In this document: in pieces, positions 13,296-28,031 of the stretch
How positions within the stretch are numbered: the first letter of the stretch is position 1
Layout: the number at the start of each line of letters is the position of its first letter
Assembly (NCBI GenBank): GCA_030390025.1
Contig: CM059432.1
Location: forward strand, 54,872,001-54,936,000
Length of the DNA stretch: 64,000 bases
Direction of reading: 5' to 3'
Source of the DNA: Squalus acanthias
Lineage: Eukaryota
Made by a program: the position numbers and the translations under genes
The notes under the pieces: model-generated
What the model saw: the letters and a program-made list of their open reading frames with translations, nothing else
What the model was told of the DNA's origin: nothing
Database searches by the model: none

Positions 13296-13731
13296 CAGGA
13301 AACTCTTTATTAACCGGCACCCAAATATCTGGAAATCTCTCTTAACTGGCAAAATTCTTGAGTAGGTAACCGGGGTTTTCCTTCATCTCTCGTTTAAGAT
13401 TAACTTTAAAAAAAAAACCCGAGGCATTTGCCTTGTATCGGAGCGTGTAGATTGGGAGGGGAATGTGCAGCCCGGGTAGGCAGCGGGGGAAGGGGAATAA
13501 AGGGCTTGAACCGCTGCCATGTCCCAGTTTGTCGGTCTGTGCTGGTAGAATCTGCGCACCCGACAGATGGTCAGCTGGCGGTCCCCGGGGAGACGGAGCT
13601 CCGAATGCAGGCACATGTCAATGTGTGCGGGGCTCTCGTACGTTGGTAGATATAACTCTCCGTTATCCGGACTTTTTGATAAACTGGCACCACGCCGGTC
13701 CCGTCGGTGCCGGTTAATAAAGAGTTTCCTG
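13296..13731. mobile_element. Tc1/mariner (Tigger/pogo-like) MITE, 436 bp
   Basis: Perfect 25-bp TIR caggaaactctttattaaccggcac; TA TSD on both sides. Confidence 0.9.
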
Positions 13732-14468
13732 TACTGAGAAATGGTCAAATAAATATAACTTGTGTGGAAATCGTGAACTGAGGCAGAGGGTGGGAAAGCG
13801 AAGTAAAATGTATTTTTTAAACATTTGGGGAGTGAATGCCATGATCTTAGTTTGATGAATTTAAAAATAATTGGCAACTATAAATTAGAGCAACTTGAAT
13901 TCTGGTTTTCCCCTTAAATCTGCTTCTGTTGAAATGAAATTAAAATATCTTTTTTAATGATTTTACACACCTGTTGTTACATTTGTTAGCATTGTGTTAC
14001 TTAAGCATGATTGATTCTTCAGTTGAGGCATCGCTGCAGTCCCACATTTGAATCTGCCTCTGTTCACTTTCACTACATTTGAGATGATTCTGATGCGAAT
14101 AGAGACAATTTTTGTTCCTATTTGCGCATTTCGGATTGTAGAGATCATACTGATGAAATTGTTTACAAAGATGGCAGACACCATTTCATATTGGCTTCAC
14201 AAATACATTGTTATAACATTCTTTTCATACTATTTAAGTATGTAATCTGGCAGGCTAGCCAATACCCTGCGCAAATACATGGGGGTTGGGGGAGAAGAGA
14301 AAAACTGAGGGGTATAATTAAAAATTCAAACTAATACTAGAGGATTCCAGCTTGTATTTGTAATAGATTTTATATATCTACCTGTACATTAGTCATTTTT
14401 ATTAAATTGAGAAATGATACTACACATTTAAATGTGTAGTGCATAAACACTCCTTGTTTAAGAACAAA

Positions 14469-15168
14469 GGGCCGTAATTTGCGGCCCCTACGGGTGCGCA
14501 TGTACCCGTAAGGGCCACGCAAGTTCCGGGTTTAGGCTTGCGCTGCGCATGCGCTAAAACCCAGAACTTGCGATCTGTCAATCTTGACAGATCATCCACA
14601 TTCCCGGGAAAAGGGCATCCGCGGGCAGAGAGTTCGGCTATTTGCCCAGTGAATGCCCGTGAAATTCTTACGCCTGGTAAAAGCAGGCACACGGCCTGTT
14701 TTTACCAGCGTAAGAGTTTTTTTTTTAAATTTATCAATAATTTATACATTTAAAAACCTGTTAAATAAGCTAAGTTTATTTTTAGCCCCTTTAAAACATG
14801 TAAAAAAAAAAAATTACATTAATTTTTGTTTTAAATACTTAATTAAATGCCATATTAATTAATTTTAAATATTGATTTAAAAAAAAAATATTTGATGTCT
14901 GGGTGTATTTTTTGGGGTGTTTCCATACATACGGAATCCCAATAAGAATGAATGGGGATTCCCTTCTTTCATTCGTTGGGCCAGCCCACGTGATCCTGGG
15001 GCGCTCGCGAACTGCCTGCGCCCTGAGATACGTGGGCCTCTTCCCGCGGATACTCGCGGCCCGGGACCGCGAGTCTCCGTACCTCCTGGACCACCAGGTA
15101 GGCACGGATTTTATTTGTAGATTGGAGGCATTTTCCCGCGGGAAGCCTCTGACTGCAAATGCAGGGCC
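14469..15168 (+). mobile_element. PIF/Harbinger-type non-autonomous element
   Basis: Ends gggccgtaatttgc / gcaaatgcagggcc; colinear with 23072-23813. Confidence 0.75.
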
Positions 15169-15612
15169 AATGAGTAAGTATATCTTATCGAATTGATTGC
15201 TGTTTACAGAGGGACGACTCTGGAGTGAGCAATCAACTGACGAGAACAAAGGCTCACAGCGAGCAAAGGCTCGGGGTGCAAGCAACAGCATGCCTGGGGC
15301 ACAAGTGGCCAGTTGTTTAAGGCAGTGCTGGCAGTGACATGGTTAGGTAGATGAATTGCAAAGGAAAGCAATTGTAGTTTAGCTGTCACAGTAAGTTAGG
15401 ACCAACCTCTGTTTTTCTGTACTTCTGGGCTGTGTATTGATATTGAAGCGGAAGTGTAATGTTGATCGAAGGGGAGCTAAAAATATTATTTATCCTATCT
15501 AGTTGGTTGTCACAGTAGAAAACCTGAGCTAATCAGAAAACTGGACATAAGCCTGCACTAAACCTATTAAAATGGAAACAAGATTTTAAAAATTGCCTAA
15601 ATTATCTTTCAG

Positions 15613-15762
15613 GTGCGTACTCCCTTTCAATAAGAGATTGGGATGAAGTAAAAGGTGATAATGTCAAACACTACAAAATCAGAAAACTTGACAGCGGTGG
15701 TTATTACATTACAACAAGAGCACAGTTCGAGTCACTACAGAAGCTGGTGAAACACTACACAG
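15613..15762 (+). CDS. YES1: YES1 SH2 second exon (exon 6 equivalent)
   Basis: cag|GT...G|gtacc; 150 bp; [49 protein letters not shown]. Confidence 0.96.
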
Positions 15763-16423
15763 GTACCTCCCTCTCTAAAAGGTTCAGATAATTGAGGATT
15801 TTGAAAACATACTGTTTGAAAAGTGGTGAAAGAATGAAATGCATGCAGAGTTGAAAATCCTGAGAATCGCTTACTTCACTCGCACATGCAAGCGCATACT
15901 TGCACAAGCAAAGTGAAGTTTGTTGTGTTGCATGTAAAAAAATAAATAAACTACATTACCTGAGTTAATGTATAGAGAAATCTCTTTCTATTGCTTGATG
16001 AATGTGCCACAGTTCAGAAATGTGTTGTATAGAATATTTAATTCCTTCCGTAGTTGCCTCCAACTGATTCAAGCGCAACATTCCAATATATCAAAGCATG
16101 GTCTGGTTTATAATGACTGTTCCATTGTAATTGGAATAGGTGACTCAGGTGATTGTTAAAACTTAGAATATTTTTTTAATTCTAATTTTATCTAGGACGG
16201 GATTTAAAATTAGTTTAATCTATCTGCTCATTATAGCCAGGTGGTATTGCATCATAAAAAAATAATATGTACCTTAGGTGTTTAAAAAATTTCACCAAAT
16301 TTCGAATCCTAAAGGATGAAATATTTAATTGCTGAATTGTAGTATTATGAAATGTTTCTTTGTATGTTCCCAGCATTCCATCTTTTTTACTGTGTCTTTC
16401 ACGTTTCAAAATGTTTTTAGTGA

Positions 16424-16633
<210 letters not shown>

Positions 16634-16655
16634 TAGTCCCATTTTTTTTAAAATA

Positions 16656-17978
16656 CAGTGAAACCTATAAATTACAGACACCTTAGGGACTGGCATAAGT
16701 TGTCCTTTTTTTTTGCAGGTGTCCTATTTTCAAAATGGTCATTGTATATACTGTTTAAAAAAAATAAAATTCCCAACAATCTTGAATAACCAGCTGAGAT
16801 TATGATCACCTAATCAGCTGCAACAATGCTAAGAATCCCCCTCCCGCACACCAGCGTTCAGCGCTGTTTACTTAACAGTTTTGCAGTCTACATTCCCATT
16901 TAATTTCAAAATGCTTTCACTTGGAGCAGTGTGTAACTTCAGTAATGAACTGTGTTTCTCAGTTCTACTTGGCAGCATTAGGGAAGTCACAGGACAAAAA
17001 AGGGGGAAATATGATGACAGGTTGTGCTTATTGAAGCTTCCAAAGACAAGCCTTAGAATGGATTGAGAACAATTGGGAAGGAAAACACAACAGGTCACAT
17101 TATGTGTAGGAGTGAAACTGCAGTTTTCTGGTTTAGCAGTGAGTGCAGGAAGACTGACTGATAGCTGGGACTCTCAGGCCTGTCCATCACTCTATAGAGC
17201 AGCAGACACACCCAGGACAGCCAGCCACCTTCACTCCAAAGCCAAAGCTCCTCAAAACAGATCCACCATTAGTAGCTGAGGGAAAGAAGACAATGGCAGG
17301 GTCAGAGGGAGAGGAACTGCCAACAGCCACTGAAATAGTGTATGGACGTAGTGCCGAGGCAGGAATGGACGGCCCCTCGCGCTGTCGCACATGCTTTCCT
17401 TGATTCGGGAGGCTGGTGAGGTCAGTACATGCAGGTCAGTGAGAGGCAGCAGCGGGTTTTGTGAAAGAAATGGCTTTTGTCAAAAGGGGAGTTCTTTATC
17501 CAGCATCCATAACGGCAGAGAAAGCGATCTATCCCTGCGATAGAGCCGTGCAACCATTCAATCCCAGAGATAGAGCAGTTTCTCTGCCGCTATGGATACT
17601 GGGTAAAGAGCTCCTCATTCCACAAAAGCTGTTTTTCACAAAACCTGCCGTCACTTCACGCTGACTTGCGTGCACTGACCTCATGGAAGTGATGGGCCCA
17701 AGAGAATTTGAGGGAAGAAAGGAAGCAAGCTGCAAGGGGCAGCACCAGTGATCACGACTCAGTGAAAGTTCCAGATACAGCAGCTTTGCTACAGGCTGTG
17801 CACCATGTTTTAAGTTGTAAAAGGGCTTGGTGCATTGAAGGCTGTCCGTAGTTCGTAATTTGCCAGTGTCCGTGGTTTCAGAGTGCCTCTTGTATATTTT
17901 ATTATGCAAGTTATTTGGGTCTCTCAATAAGTCTCTTTTTTGCAGGTGTCTGAGTTTCCGTTTATATAGGTTTCACTG
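16656..17978. mobile_element. Tigger-like non-autonomous DNA transposon, 1.3 kb
   Basis: 14-bp perfect TIR cagtgaaacctata; TA TSD; repeated subterminal motif ttttttgcaggtgtc. Confidence 0.8.
17417..17683. repeat. Imperfect long palindrome with ~125-bp arms
   Basis: tgaggtcagtacatgcaggtcag...tccataacggcagagaaa pairs with tttctctgccgctatgga...ctgacttgcgtgcactgacctca. Confidence 0.8.
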
Positions 17979-18272
17979 TACAATCTATGTTCAGGGAAAC
18001 ACCAAACAAACTTTACTGTTAAATCAATTCAAACGTGTTTCAGAAAATGTATTAAACTTGCTGCAATATTACTATTGCTTTTCAGTAGTGCATTTCTCAA
18101 TTACAGCACTCATTTTATGGTTAGTAATTGAAGATGATATGGTTGAAATGTTTGGTTACAGTTTTGTTCATGCAAAGAGAATTGTTTATTTAGCTAATTT
18201 CTTCTCCAGGTACAACACAAAATCCCTGTTTTAAGTTGGGAGAGGTAAAGAATTAGTACAACTGACTTCTGA

Positions 18273-18500
<228 letters not shown>

Positions 18501-18889
18501 TAGATTATTTGTAAATGACTGTCTTGTAAAACTGCTACAGTAAGTATGCATACACTATTGCACATGAAGCTTTGGTGTACTTGGGCACCAAGTGAATTCC
18601 AATTGAACACGAAGGACCCTAGTGCAATGCACATTTCTTCTTTTGTTCTTTGTATGTTCTTTATATATTTTAAAATATTTTTAGTTAAATTGATCTCTTC
18701 CTGTCACTGGTAAGGGGGGAAAAAGTTTTTAGATGAATAGAATCTGAAATAGACAGCAATAAAATATTTCTGCAGTTGACACCCAAAGTAAGGAACTGAA
18801 AAGATCCTGTAACAGAAATTAAGGGAAGAAAGAAAGAAGTTGCATTTATAAAAGACTTCATCACCAAGTTATCCGTTTTTGGTGATGTT

Positions 18890-21160
18890 ACATAAATAGG
18901 GGCAGGAGCAGGCCATTTGGCCCCTCGAGCCAGCTCCGCCAATCAATAAGATCATGGCTGATCTGGTCTTGGCCTCAACTCAATTTCCTGCCCGCTCCCC
19001 ATAACCCTTGACTCCCTTATCGTTCAAAAATCTATCTATCTCCACCTTTAATATATTCAATGACCCAGCCTCCACAGCTCTCTGGGGTAGAGAATTTCAA
19101 AGATTCACAACCCTCTGAGAGAAGAAATTCCTCCTCATCTCCATTTTAAATGGGCGACCCCTTATTCTGAAACTATACCCCCTAGTTCTCTGAATCTACC
19201 CTGTCAAGCCCCCTCAGAATCTTATATGTTTCAATAAGATCACCTCTCATTCTTCTAAACTCCAATGAGTATAGGCTCAACCTTTCCTCATAAGACAACC
19301 CCTTCAACTCAGGAATCAACCTAGTGAACCTTCTCTGAACTGCCTCCAATGCAAGTATATCCCACCTTAAATAAGGAGACCAAAACTGTACGCAGTACTC
19401 CAGGTGTGGTCTCACCTACACCCTGTACAGTTGCAGCAAGACTTCCCTACTTTTATACTCCATCCCCCTTGCAATAAAGGCCAATATTCCATTTGCCTTC
19501 CTAATTACTTGCTGTACCTGCATGCTAACTTTGTGTTTCATGTACAAGGACACCCAGATCCCTCTGTCCACAGCATTTTGTAGTCTCTCTCCATTTAAGT
19601 AATAATTTGCTTTTTTATTTTTCCTACCAAAGTGGATAACCTCACATTTTCCCACATTATACTCCATCTGCCAAATTTTTGCCCACTCACTTAACCTATC
19701 TATATCCCTTTGCAGATTCTTTGTGTCCTCTTCACAACTTGCTTTCCCACCTATCTTTGTATCATCAGCAAATTTGGCTACATTACACTCGGTCCCTTCA
19801 TCCAAGTCATTAATATAGATTGTAAACAGCTGAGACCCCAGCACTGATCCCTGTGGCACCCCACTAGTTACAGTTTGCCAACCTGAAAATGACCCATTTA
19901 TCCCGACTTTCTGTTAGTTAGCCAATCCTCTATCCATGCTAATATATTACCCCCAACCCCGTGAGCTCTTATGTTGTGCAGTAACCTTTTATATGGCACC
20001 TTATCGAATGCCTTCTGGAAATCCAAATACACTACATCTACTGGTTCCCCTTTATCCACCCTGCTCGTTACATCCTCAAAGAACTCTAGCCAATTTGTCA
20101 AACATGATTTCCCTTTCATAAAACCATGCTGACTCTGCTTGACTGTATTATGATTTTCTAAATGTCCTGCTACTACTACTTCCTTAATAATGGACTCCAG
20201 CATTTTTCCAATGACAGATGTTAGGCTAACTGGTCTATACTTTACTGCTTTCTGTCTCCCTCCTTTCTTGAGTAGGGGTGTTATATTTGCGGTTTTCTAA
20301 TCCACTGTGACCTCTCCAGAATCCAGGGAATTTTGGTAGATTAGAACCAATGCATCCACTATCTCTGCAGCCACTTCTTTTAAGACCCTAGGATGCAGGC
20401 CATCGGGTCCAGGGGACTTGTCCACCTTTAGTCCCATAAGTTTGCCTAGTACTTTTTCTCTAGTGATAGTGATTGCTTTAAGTTCCCCTCTCCCAATAGC
20501 CTCTTGATTATCTATTATTACTGGAATGCTTTTAGTGTCTTCTACCGTGAAGTCCGATACAAAATATTTGTTCAAAGTCTCTGCCATTTTGCTGTTTCCC
20601 ATTATTAATTCCCCAGTCTCATCCTCTAAGGGACCAACGCTTACTTTAGTTACTCTCTTCATTTTTATATACCTGTAGAAGCTCTTACTGTCTGTTTTTA
20701 TATTTCTTGCTAGTTTACTCTCATAATCTATCTTCTCTCTCTTTATTATTTTTTTAGTTGTCCTTTGCTGGTTTCTAAAAATTTTCCAATCCACTGGCCA
20801 ACCTCTAATCATCGCATCATTGTATGCCTTTGTTTTTAATTTGATACCATCCTTAACTTCCTTAGTAAGCCACAGATGGTTCATTCTTCTCTTGGAGTCT
20901 TTCTTTCTCACTGGAATATTTTTTTGCTGAGAGGTATGAAATATTTCCTTGAATGTCTGCCACAGCTTATCTACCATCTTACCCTTTAATCTGTTTTCCC
21001 AGTCCACTTTAGCCAACTCTGTCTTCATACTTTGTAATTGCCTTTATTTAAGTTCAGGACACTAGTTTGAGACCCAAGTTTCTCACCCTCAAACTGAATT
21101 AGAAATTCTAACATGCTATGATCACTGTTCCCTAGAGGATCCTTTACTATGAGATCATTA
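18890..21160 (-). mobile_element. CR1 (HER1-like) LINE, 5'-truncated, inserted into a SINE
   Basis: ORFs 20297-21028, 19898-20203, 19416-19859 (FADDTK) and 19182-19415; TSD atgtt; flanks rejoin into DeuSINE-like sequence. Confidence 0.94.
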
Positions 21161-23071
21161 ATGTTGGCTGAGGGAAGAATGTTAGCTGGGACAAAAGGAA
21201 AGCACGAAAGATGGCACCTCTGACAATGGAGCAGTCAATCAGTACTGCATTGAAGAGGCGGAAACTGCAGCTGTATGATGAAATAGAAGAGAGAAATTGC
21301 AGAAACTTACTTTTCATGAGACTGTTGCATAGGGTAAAGCTGTGTAAAAACTGTATTGGCATAAATGGTTTAACTTCCCACCCCCTAGCTAACCTTATCG
21401 TCTGTGTGAAATTGGTAATTTGGTACCATTTGTGCTTGGCCTTGACTCGCTGTGAACTGGGTTCAAATCATTCAAACTCATTTCATGAAAGACTCAATAC
21501 CAGCAAAAAAAGCTTTCATCCCATCAACATGGGTTGGACTCAAACCCACTTCGAAGAGAATGAAAAGCCAGTTTGCTAACTGCAATATCATCTGCTCCTC
21601 ATAAATGCAGATCTTAATGCTGCAGAGTGACTAATACCCGAGGTAATATCTTGAAAAATGAACTTTGTTTTTAGAGTTGGAGAGAAAACATTGCATTGTC
21701 AATTATGTCATTTTTTCACTCCTGAGATTTTGGTTTAGAAGCACTATATTTGCATTTGTGTGCATATGTTCCAGTGTAATGTATGATCACTTTCACTTTT
21801 TGTTTCAAACATTAACTGAATGTGATTCCTGCACCTCCGGCTATATAACAGAAGGAAGGATTCCTCCAATCAATTTGTGTGCCAGTTGCTATTAAATAAT
21901 TTGCCTCTCATATGTTTTGACTTGATTGCTAAACAGACATTATTCTACTGACTTTATGCATCACCATGCAAGATTGGCAGTGGAGAATGTGTGTTTGTTG
22001 TGTGGACCAGAATTACACTTGCTTTTAGAAAATTATTTATAAGTGCAATTCTGGCCCTCAGTAGATACATATGCTCTTTTTATATGATTTGGGAGACATC
22101 ACATTTGACATTTGTGATAAACCCTTTTGATGTGTACATTTGATTTAAAAATATTTTTTGCAGTCTCAACGCTTGTGGCAGTACACTGCAGTACTGCATC
22201 AAAAGGTGTTTGAGGCATGGGAGAGTGTTATACTCTGCCCATCATTCCCCAAATTCTAGCTCTACATATGGCTGTAATGTAGTTTAGGTTAACATTTTTG
22301 CCCTTTCAGGTCCTTCTTTCCAGAGTGGAGGAGGAAGGAATATTAAATCAGCTTAATCTCCTTGGAAAATGTTATATTTAATTTTATTTTTATTGCTGGA
22401 AGCATAAAAATGAAAGTTTATGTCTACGAATGCCAACTTGTCACCTCAGTAACAGTTCATTAGTTTAAAATGTATTTGATCTATATTGTGTAATCTATTT
22501 GATACATTTTCAGTGGAGGAAAGGGTATCTATTTTCATGGTGCTTTTGGAAATGCTTTAACTGATGTGGCTACACAAGGAAGATTGTATCTTTGTAAAAT
22601 AAAAATCTTCTCAAAACACTCACCATTACTTTGAGAAAAAGTAAACTTGCCAGATTGTTCAACACCCCCTTGCCACCAATTTTATTAATTTCTACACTCT
22701 TTAGGTCCTCTTTGTACCATTCACATGGTGGTTGGCGAAAGGACTGTCAGGCTATTAATGTCGCCTTTGAGCCACTACTATATGTGCAACAGGAGCCTTT
22801 AGAGATTCATTGTCCAGTCCCCTATGGAGAAACAGTAGGCCCCCTTTTTCCTGCATTCCACCTATCTCCAAGCATGACAAAGATCGTTATCTTACTTCGG
22901 AAAATCTGTAGCACAGCACATTCATTCTTCAGTCCACTGTACAGGTTTTTTCCGTTGAATACTTGTTAGTATACTAACTTTATTAAATCATCTATAAATG
23001 ACCATGTGATATGCAGCTCACTCTGCTGTGTTAGTGGTTGGATGTGGGTTCCAGTAAAAGTAAAATATATT

Positions 23072-23813
23072 GGGCCGTATTTTGTGACCGCTACGGTGCG
23101 TACAAGTTGCGCACGCGCCCGTAGAGGCCACACAAGTGCCGGGTTTAGGCATGCGAAGCGCATGAGCTGAAACCCGGCACTTGCGATCTGTCAAGAATCT
23201 TCTTGACAGATCCTCCGCATCCCCAGGAAAAGGGCCTCTGCGGGTGGAGAGTTGCGCTATTTGCCCAACTTCCGCCCGCTGAAAGGCCATGGAATTTTTA
23301 CATCTGGTAAAAACAGACGTAAGACCTGCTTTTACCAGCATGAGTTTTGAAAAAGAAAATGTTATCACTCACTTATACATTAAAAACCCTGTCCAATAAG
23401 GCAAGTTTATATTTAGCCCCGTTAAAACATTTTTTTTAAATTACATTTTTGTTTAAAATATTTAAATGCCATTTTAATTAATTTTATATATGTAATTTTA
23501 AAAAAAACTTTTTCATGTGTTCATGTATTTTTTAAATGATCCCCATTCATACTTATGACAGTTCCGTGCGTACGGAACTCGCATAAGTATGAATGGAGAT
23601 TCCCTTCTTTTATTGGTTGGGCTGGCCCACGTGATTCCCAGGGGCGCTTACAAACTGCATGCGCCCCTGGGATACGTGGGCCTCTATGTATTTCTACTAG
23701 GAGAGGCCCAGGATCGCAAGCCTCTATCTCCCGGACCACCAGGTAAATGAGTAGATGTTTTGATGATCAGAGGCATCCGCCCACGGGAAGCCTCCGATTG
23801 CAAATTCGGGCCC
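23072..23813 (+). mobile_element. PIF/Harbinger-type non-autonomous element
   Basis: TIRs gggccgtattttg / caaattcgggccc; 3-bp TSD ATT. Confidence 0.82.
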
Positions 23814-24253
23814 ATTGTTCTCTGGTCCAGTGATGTGCAACTCTGCAGCAAGTAGGTTGCCTGCTAGTAAACTGAAGTAATGGATACCAAACAAATACTT
23901 TTGTTTAGTCAGCCATATGCAGAGTGCAGCTTGCTAAAATGTGGCTGGTTATGTATGTTTTGAGTGATGTTCCAGCAAAGCTCTCGACAATACTCGACCA
24001 GCACTATTTTACTGACTGCTAACCTATTTCACTGTCTCAATATACTGCTTTTGTTTCATCCAGTTATATCCAGCACTCCTTGTAAAAAGAAATTGTGTGG
24101 CCATTGGTGTTGCACTGTCTCACAAAAGTGCTGTCAAATAGGAGCTGGAAACAGCTCCAGGAGACTAAAGGTGTACTCCTTCCCTAATTGTTCAAAAGCA
24201 AATAATGAAAGTGGTACAAATAAACTGAAGATTAACTTTATTTACTGTTGCAG

Positions 24254-24330
24254 GAAGTTTATTGGATTTTGTAAAGGAAGGTGATGGGAAATTTCTGAAA
24301 CTTCCTCAGCTTGTTGATATGGCTGCACAG
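24254..24330 (+). CDS. YES1: YES1 kinase exon (exon 9 equivalent)
   Basis: cag|GA...CAG|gtgag; 77 bp; [25 protein letters not shown]. Confidence 0.95.
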
Positions 24331-25138
24331 GTGAGCAAGTTGTCTATTATAAAAGTGCTATATTTATTGCAAAACATTTTAAAATTGTTTAGTTATAGAA
24401 GCATGGTCAAAATTGAGACTAATACATTTGTTAAGCTATTTTATTATTTTAGCACTAATATATTATAAATACTGCTGAAAGTAATTTCAATCTGTAAGTT
24501 AGAGTCCATGATTGGGGCAAATTGTACATACTTTTTGACAAAATAAGATGTTGATTTTAATGTACTTCATGTTATTACATTCATATCAATTGGGATCTCC
24601 TGAATTCACATTCCTTAAGCTTACTCATTGCCCTGCCCCATTCAGTCTGTCCAATTTTAGATTTGGCGAAAGTTGGCAATCCTATCACCCAGTGAAGCCC
24701 TTGTTTGAATATCAGCAGAAGTTGGAATTCTAACATGGATATCCCTTTGGCTTAATGTACCAGACTGTCCAACCTTATTTTGTCATTGATTTATGAGTTT
24801 TGCTAATTAACAAAATCTGTGATAGATGCCCATTATTTGTGCTTCAGTTTGTGTCATGCTTATTCTACGTATTGTAAAATTCACAGGGTGAATTCTAAGC
24901 ATTATAGTTCTTTTGCTAATTGCCACGTGATTAATTTTTGTGTCCCAAATACTGAGTGGTAGTAAAAGGGGTAATGCACTCCTGAATATGTACAAGTAGT
25001 AAATGTTCAATCTTGCCACTTTGCTTTTTACTGATGTACATGGCAGTTTTCTTCTAACTACAAGTGCTGATTTTTGTGTCATACCGCTTGGTGTAGTTGA
25101 TTAAAATTATGTAAAATACCTGCTTTTAAATGTGTTGA

Positions 25139-25321
<183 letters not shown>

Positions 25322-25385
25322 TGAGAATTCTATCTATGTTAGAAACATACATAACTCTGTATAGGTATACTGGTCCAGTCAATAA

Positions 25386-25616
<231 letters not shown>

Positions 25617-26104
25617 TAATGAAGGAAAGTTGTTTTTTCAGAGATGTAATTTGAGGACATATGTGATGGTCCTGTACACAGAGAGCAGTTGTGCTACCGA
25701 CGCAGGTAGCACTGAATTGGGAGAGTAGACTCCACAACAGTTTCTTTCTGGGCTCCAATTCAACGTTCTTCTATATTTAATGAGCTGAAGTGCTTGTCCA
25801 CTTCATGCCTTAGGATAATTAAGGCCCCAGAGTTGATGCAAAAATATTTAAATTAACAGCTAGCATAATTCTGCAGGATTTGTCCCAAAATGCATCGGTC
25901 CCAGACCATATCTGCAGACCTTGGCACAATGACTGCTCATGAAGGACAACTGCTTCAGCTTGCTCTGGGTCTGGAGAGCAGAACTTTGCAATCTGTAGTA
26001 AGGACACCTGCAGCCAATTTGCAAGATTGCCACTGCTCTCAACTGTTGTGCCTATAGCTCATTCCTGGTTAGTATTGCAAAAGAAATGATGCTGCCCACA
26101 CTTA

Positions 26105-27662
26105 GGCCGGAATTTTCTGGGGGGTTAGCGGGCGGGTTGGGTGGGAAAGTGTTTTTTTTTTCGCAGCGGGTCAGGATCCCGCTGTGAACCCGCCACCACG
26201 CGTCTTTCCCAATGTCAGGTCTGTCAACGCTGAGCAGACTCGACCGGCAGTGGCGGGGGACCTAATTAAAATGATTAGCATCTAGTTGCCAGGTGCTTAA
26301 CAGCCTTTTTTCACTTACCTCTTGTCTTTTAACTTCATGACCATGGGATCCCCGCTATGCGCAGACCACGACTGTCAAGCTGGGCGGGAGTTCAGTGGCC
26401 ATTGCTCCAGCTGATTACTTGACAGCTTCAAATGTACAGTAAAAGCTCCCACCTGACTGATAATTTACTTTCCTCAGGCAGAAGCTTTTTCTCACTCCAT
26501 TTCCAGCACACATTCTGCAGGCTTTCCACTTTCCATTCTCCAACCACTCTCATCTCATTGGAAGAACTATCTCACAATTGACTGCTTCTGTCATCTCTAC
26601 TTCACCTGCCATCTATTCCATCAACATGGGTGCCCTTTATACTCTCTCTCCTTGTTCCTCTGAATCCCACCACGATCAGCCCCAACACCAATAACACCGA
26701 CCTTCTCCGCAATCAACTGATGCTGCACAGGACAGAGGGCATCAGCACACGACCACATTGCTGCCAGGGATGGCCTCACCATGGCCACATTTACTTCACT
26801 TGACGCTGTACACCCTGGCTGCCACATGATGTGCCAGTTGGCACCACCCCACACCAACACCGTAAAGGATCCCTACAATGCCCAAGCCATTCCTTTCACA
26901 CTCATGACCATTGCGGTCATTATGTCTCACCATTCACTGCAACTTATTAAGCCACTTCTAAAGGTGCACACAAATCTGTCCAAGAACGCAAAGTGTTGAA
27001 AATAAATGTTTCAATATTTGACACCACATTAACAGAAACTTTACATAAACATTGCATAAAACACCTTGTGTGTTGTTAGTTGGTATGATTGCACTAGGAT
27101 GAGTGTGAGGGGTGGTTAGTGAGATGGGGATGTGATAATGTAGATAGAGAGGGATGGGTGGAGGTGCAAGGTAAGTTGGTGTGAGTAAGGACATGCAGGT
27201 GTAGGATAGGGAAGGCAGAGTGATGGGGATGTGATGAGAGGCACAGCAGGATGAGGTTGAGTGTGGCTTTGTACTAACGTTTCGTGACCTACTGAGATCA
27301 TTGAAATGTTTGCACCACTGCACCCAGGTCCTCCTGACCTCATCCCTGCTTGTGCCCTCCTGCATATGGAGGGAGTTATGGGAAAGCCCGAGTGCAGCCC
27401 TGTGCCTTTGTGCAGTCATTGTCAGTGTTTGCAGCACCTCGGTGCTGTAGAACACTGACCGCACAAATGTCAAGACAAATGTGCAATGAAATGACGTCAC
27501 CAGACCCGCTTCCTCTAATTGGCTGGGAAACACGCTGGGCAGGCTTAACAAGCCCAATCAATGGTAAGTCATTTTACCAGCGGGATGGAGCCAGCAGCAG
27601 GGTTGGGACCCGCCACCGACGTCGCCCGTCCTGGACCCGCCGAGCTAAGTAAAATTGCAGCC
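26105..27662. mobile_element. Internally deleted Harbinger element with Myb/SANT remnant
   Basis: TIRs ggccggaatttt / aaaattgcagcc; minus strand RRTWVQWCKHFNDLSRS matches the Myb/SANT motif RTWxQCxKxFNDL. Confidence 0.72.
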
Positions 27663-28031
27663 ATAGTGTATAATGTGTCAGTCAGCATGGCCAACGCTTA
27701 CATCTCCTTTCCCTCTCGTGTCTGCCCAATGTCACCACACTGGTGCATTTCCCAAAGTGCAAGGGGTCACTTATAATTGCCATGTGCCCAACTTGAGCTC
27801 ATCCAGGGTTGTCGGTAAGTGACCAGGTTTGGATTTCAGTGCTTTGATGTGTGAAGCCAACAAAAAATATGCATGTGGTAAGGCTTTCAATTGTATGTTG
27901 CATCTTGACTGTATGCCCTACTGGAAATGCAAAGACACAGATGTAAAGTTGTGTAATGGATTATCATGGCAAACTGTAAATACGGAACAGGTTGATGAGC
28001 AACACTTTGTGGCATTAAATCTTGAGGCATT

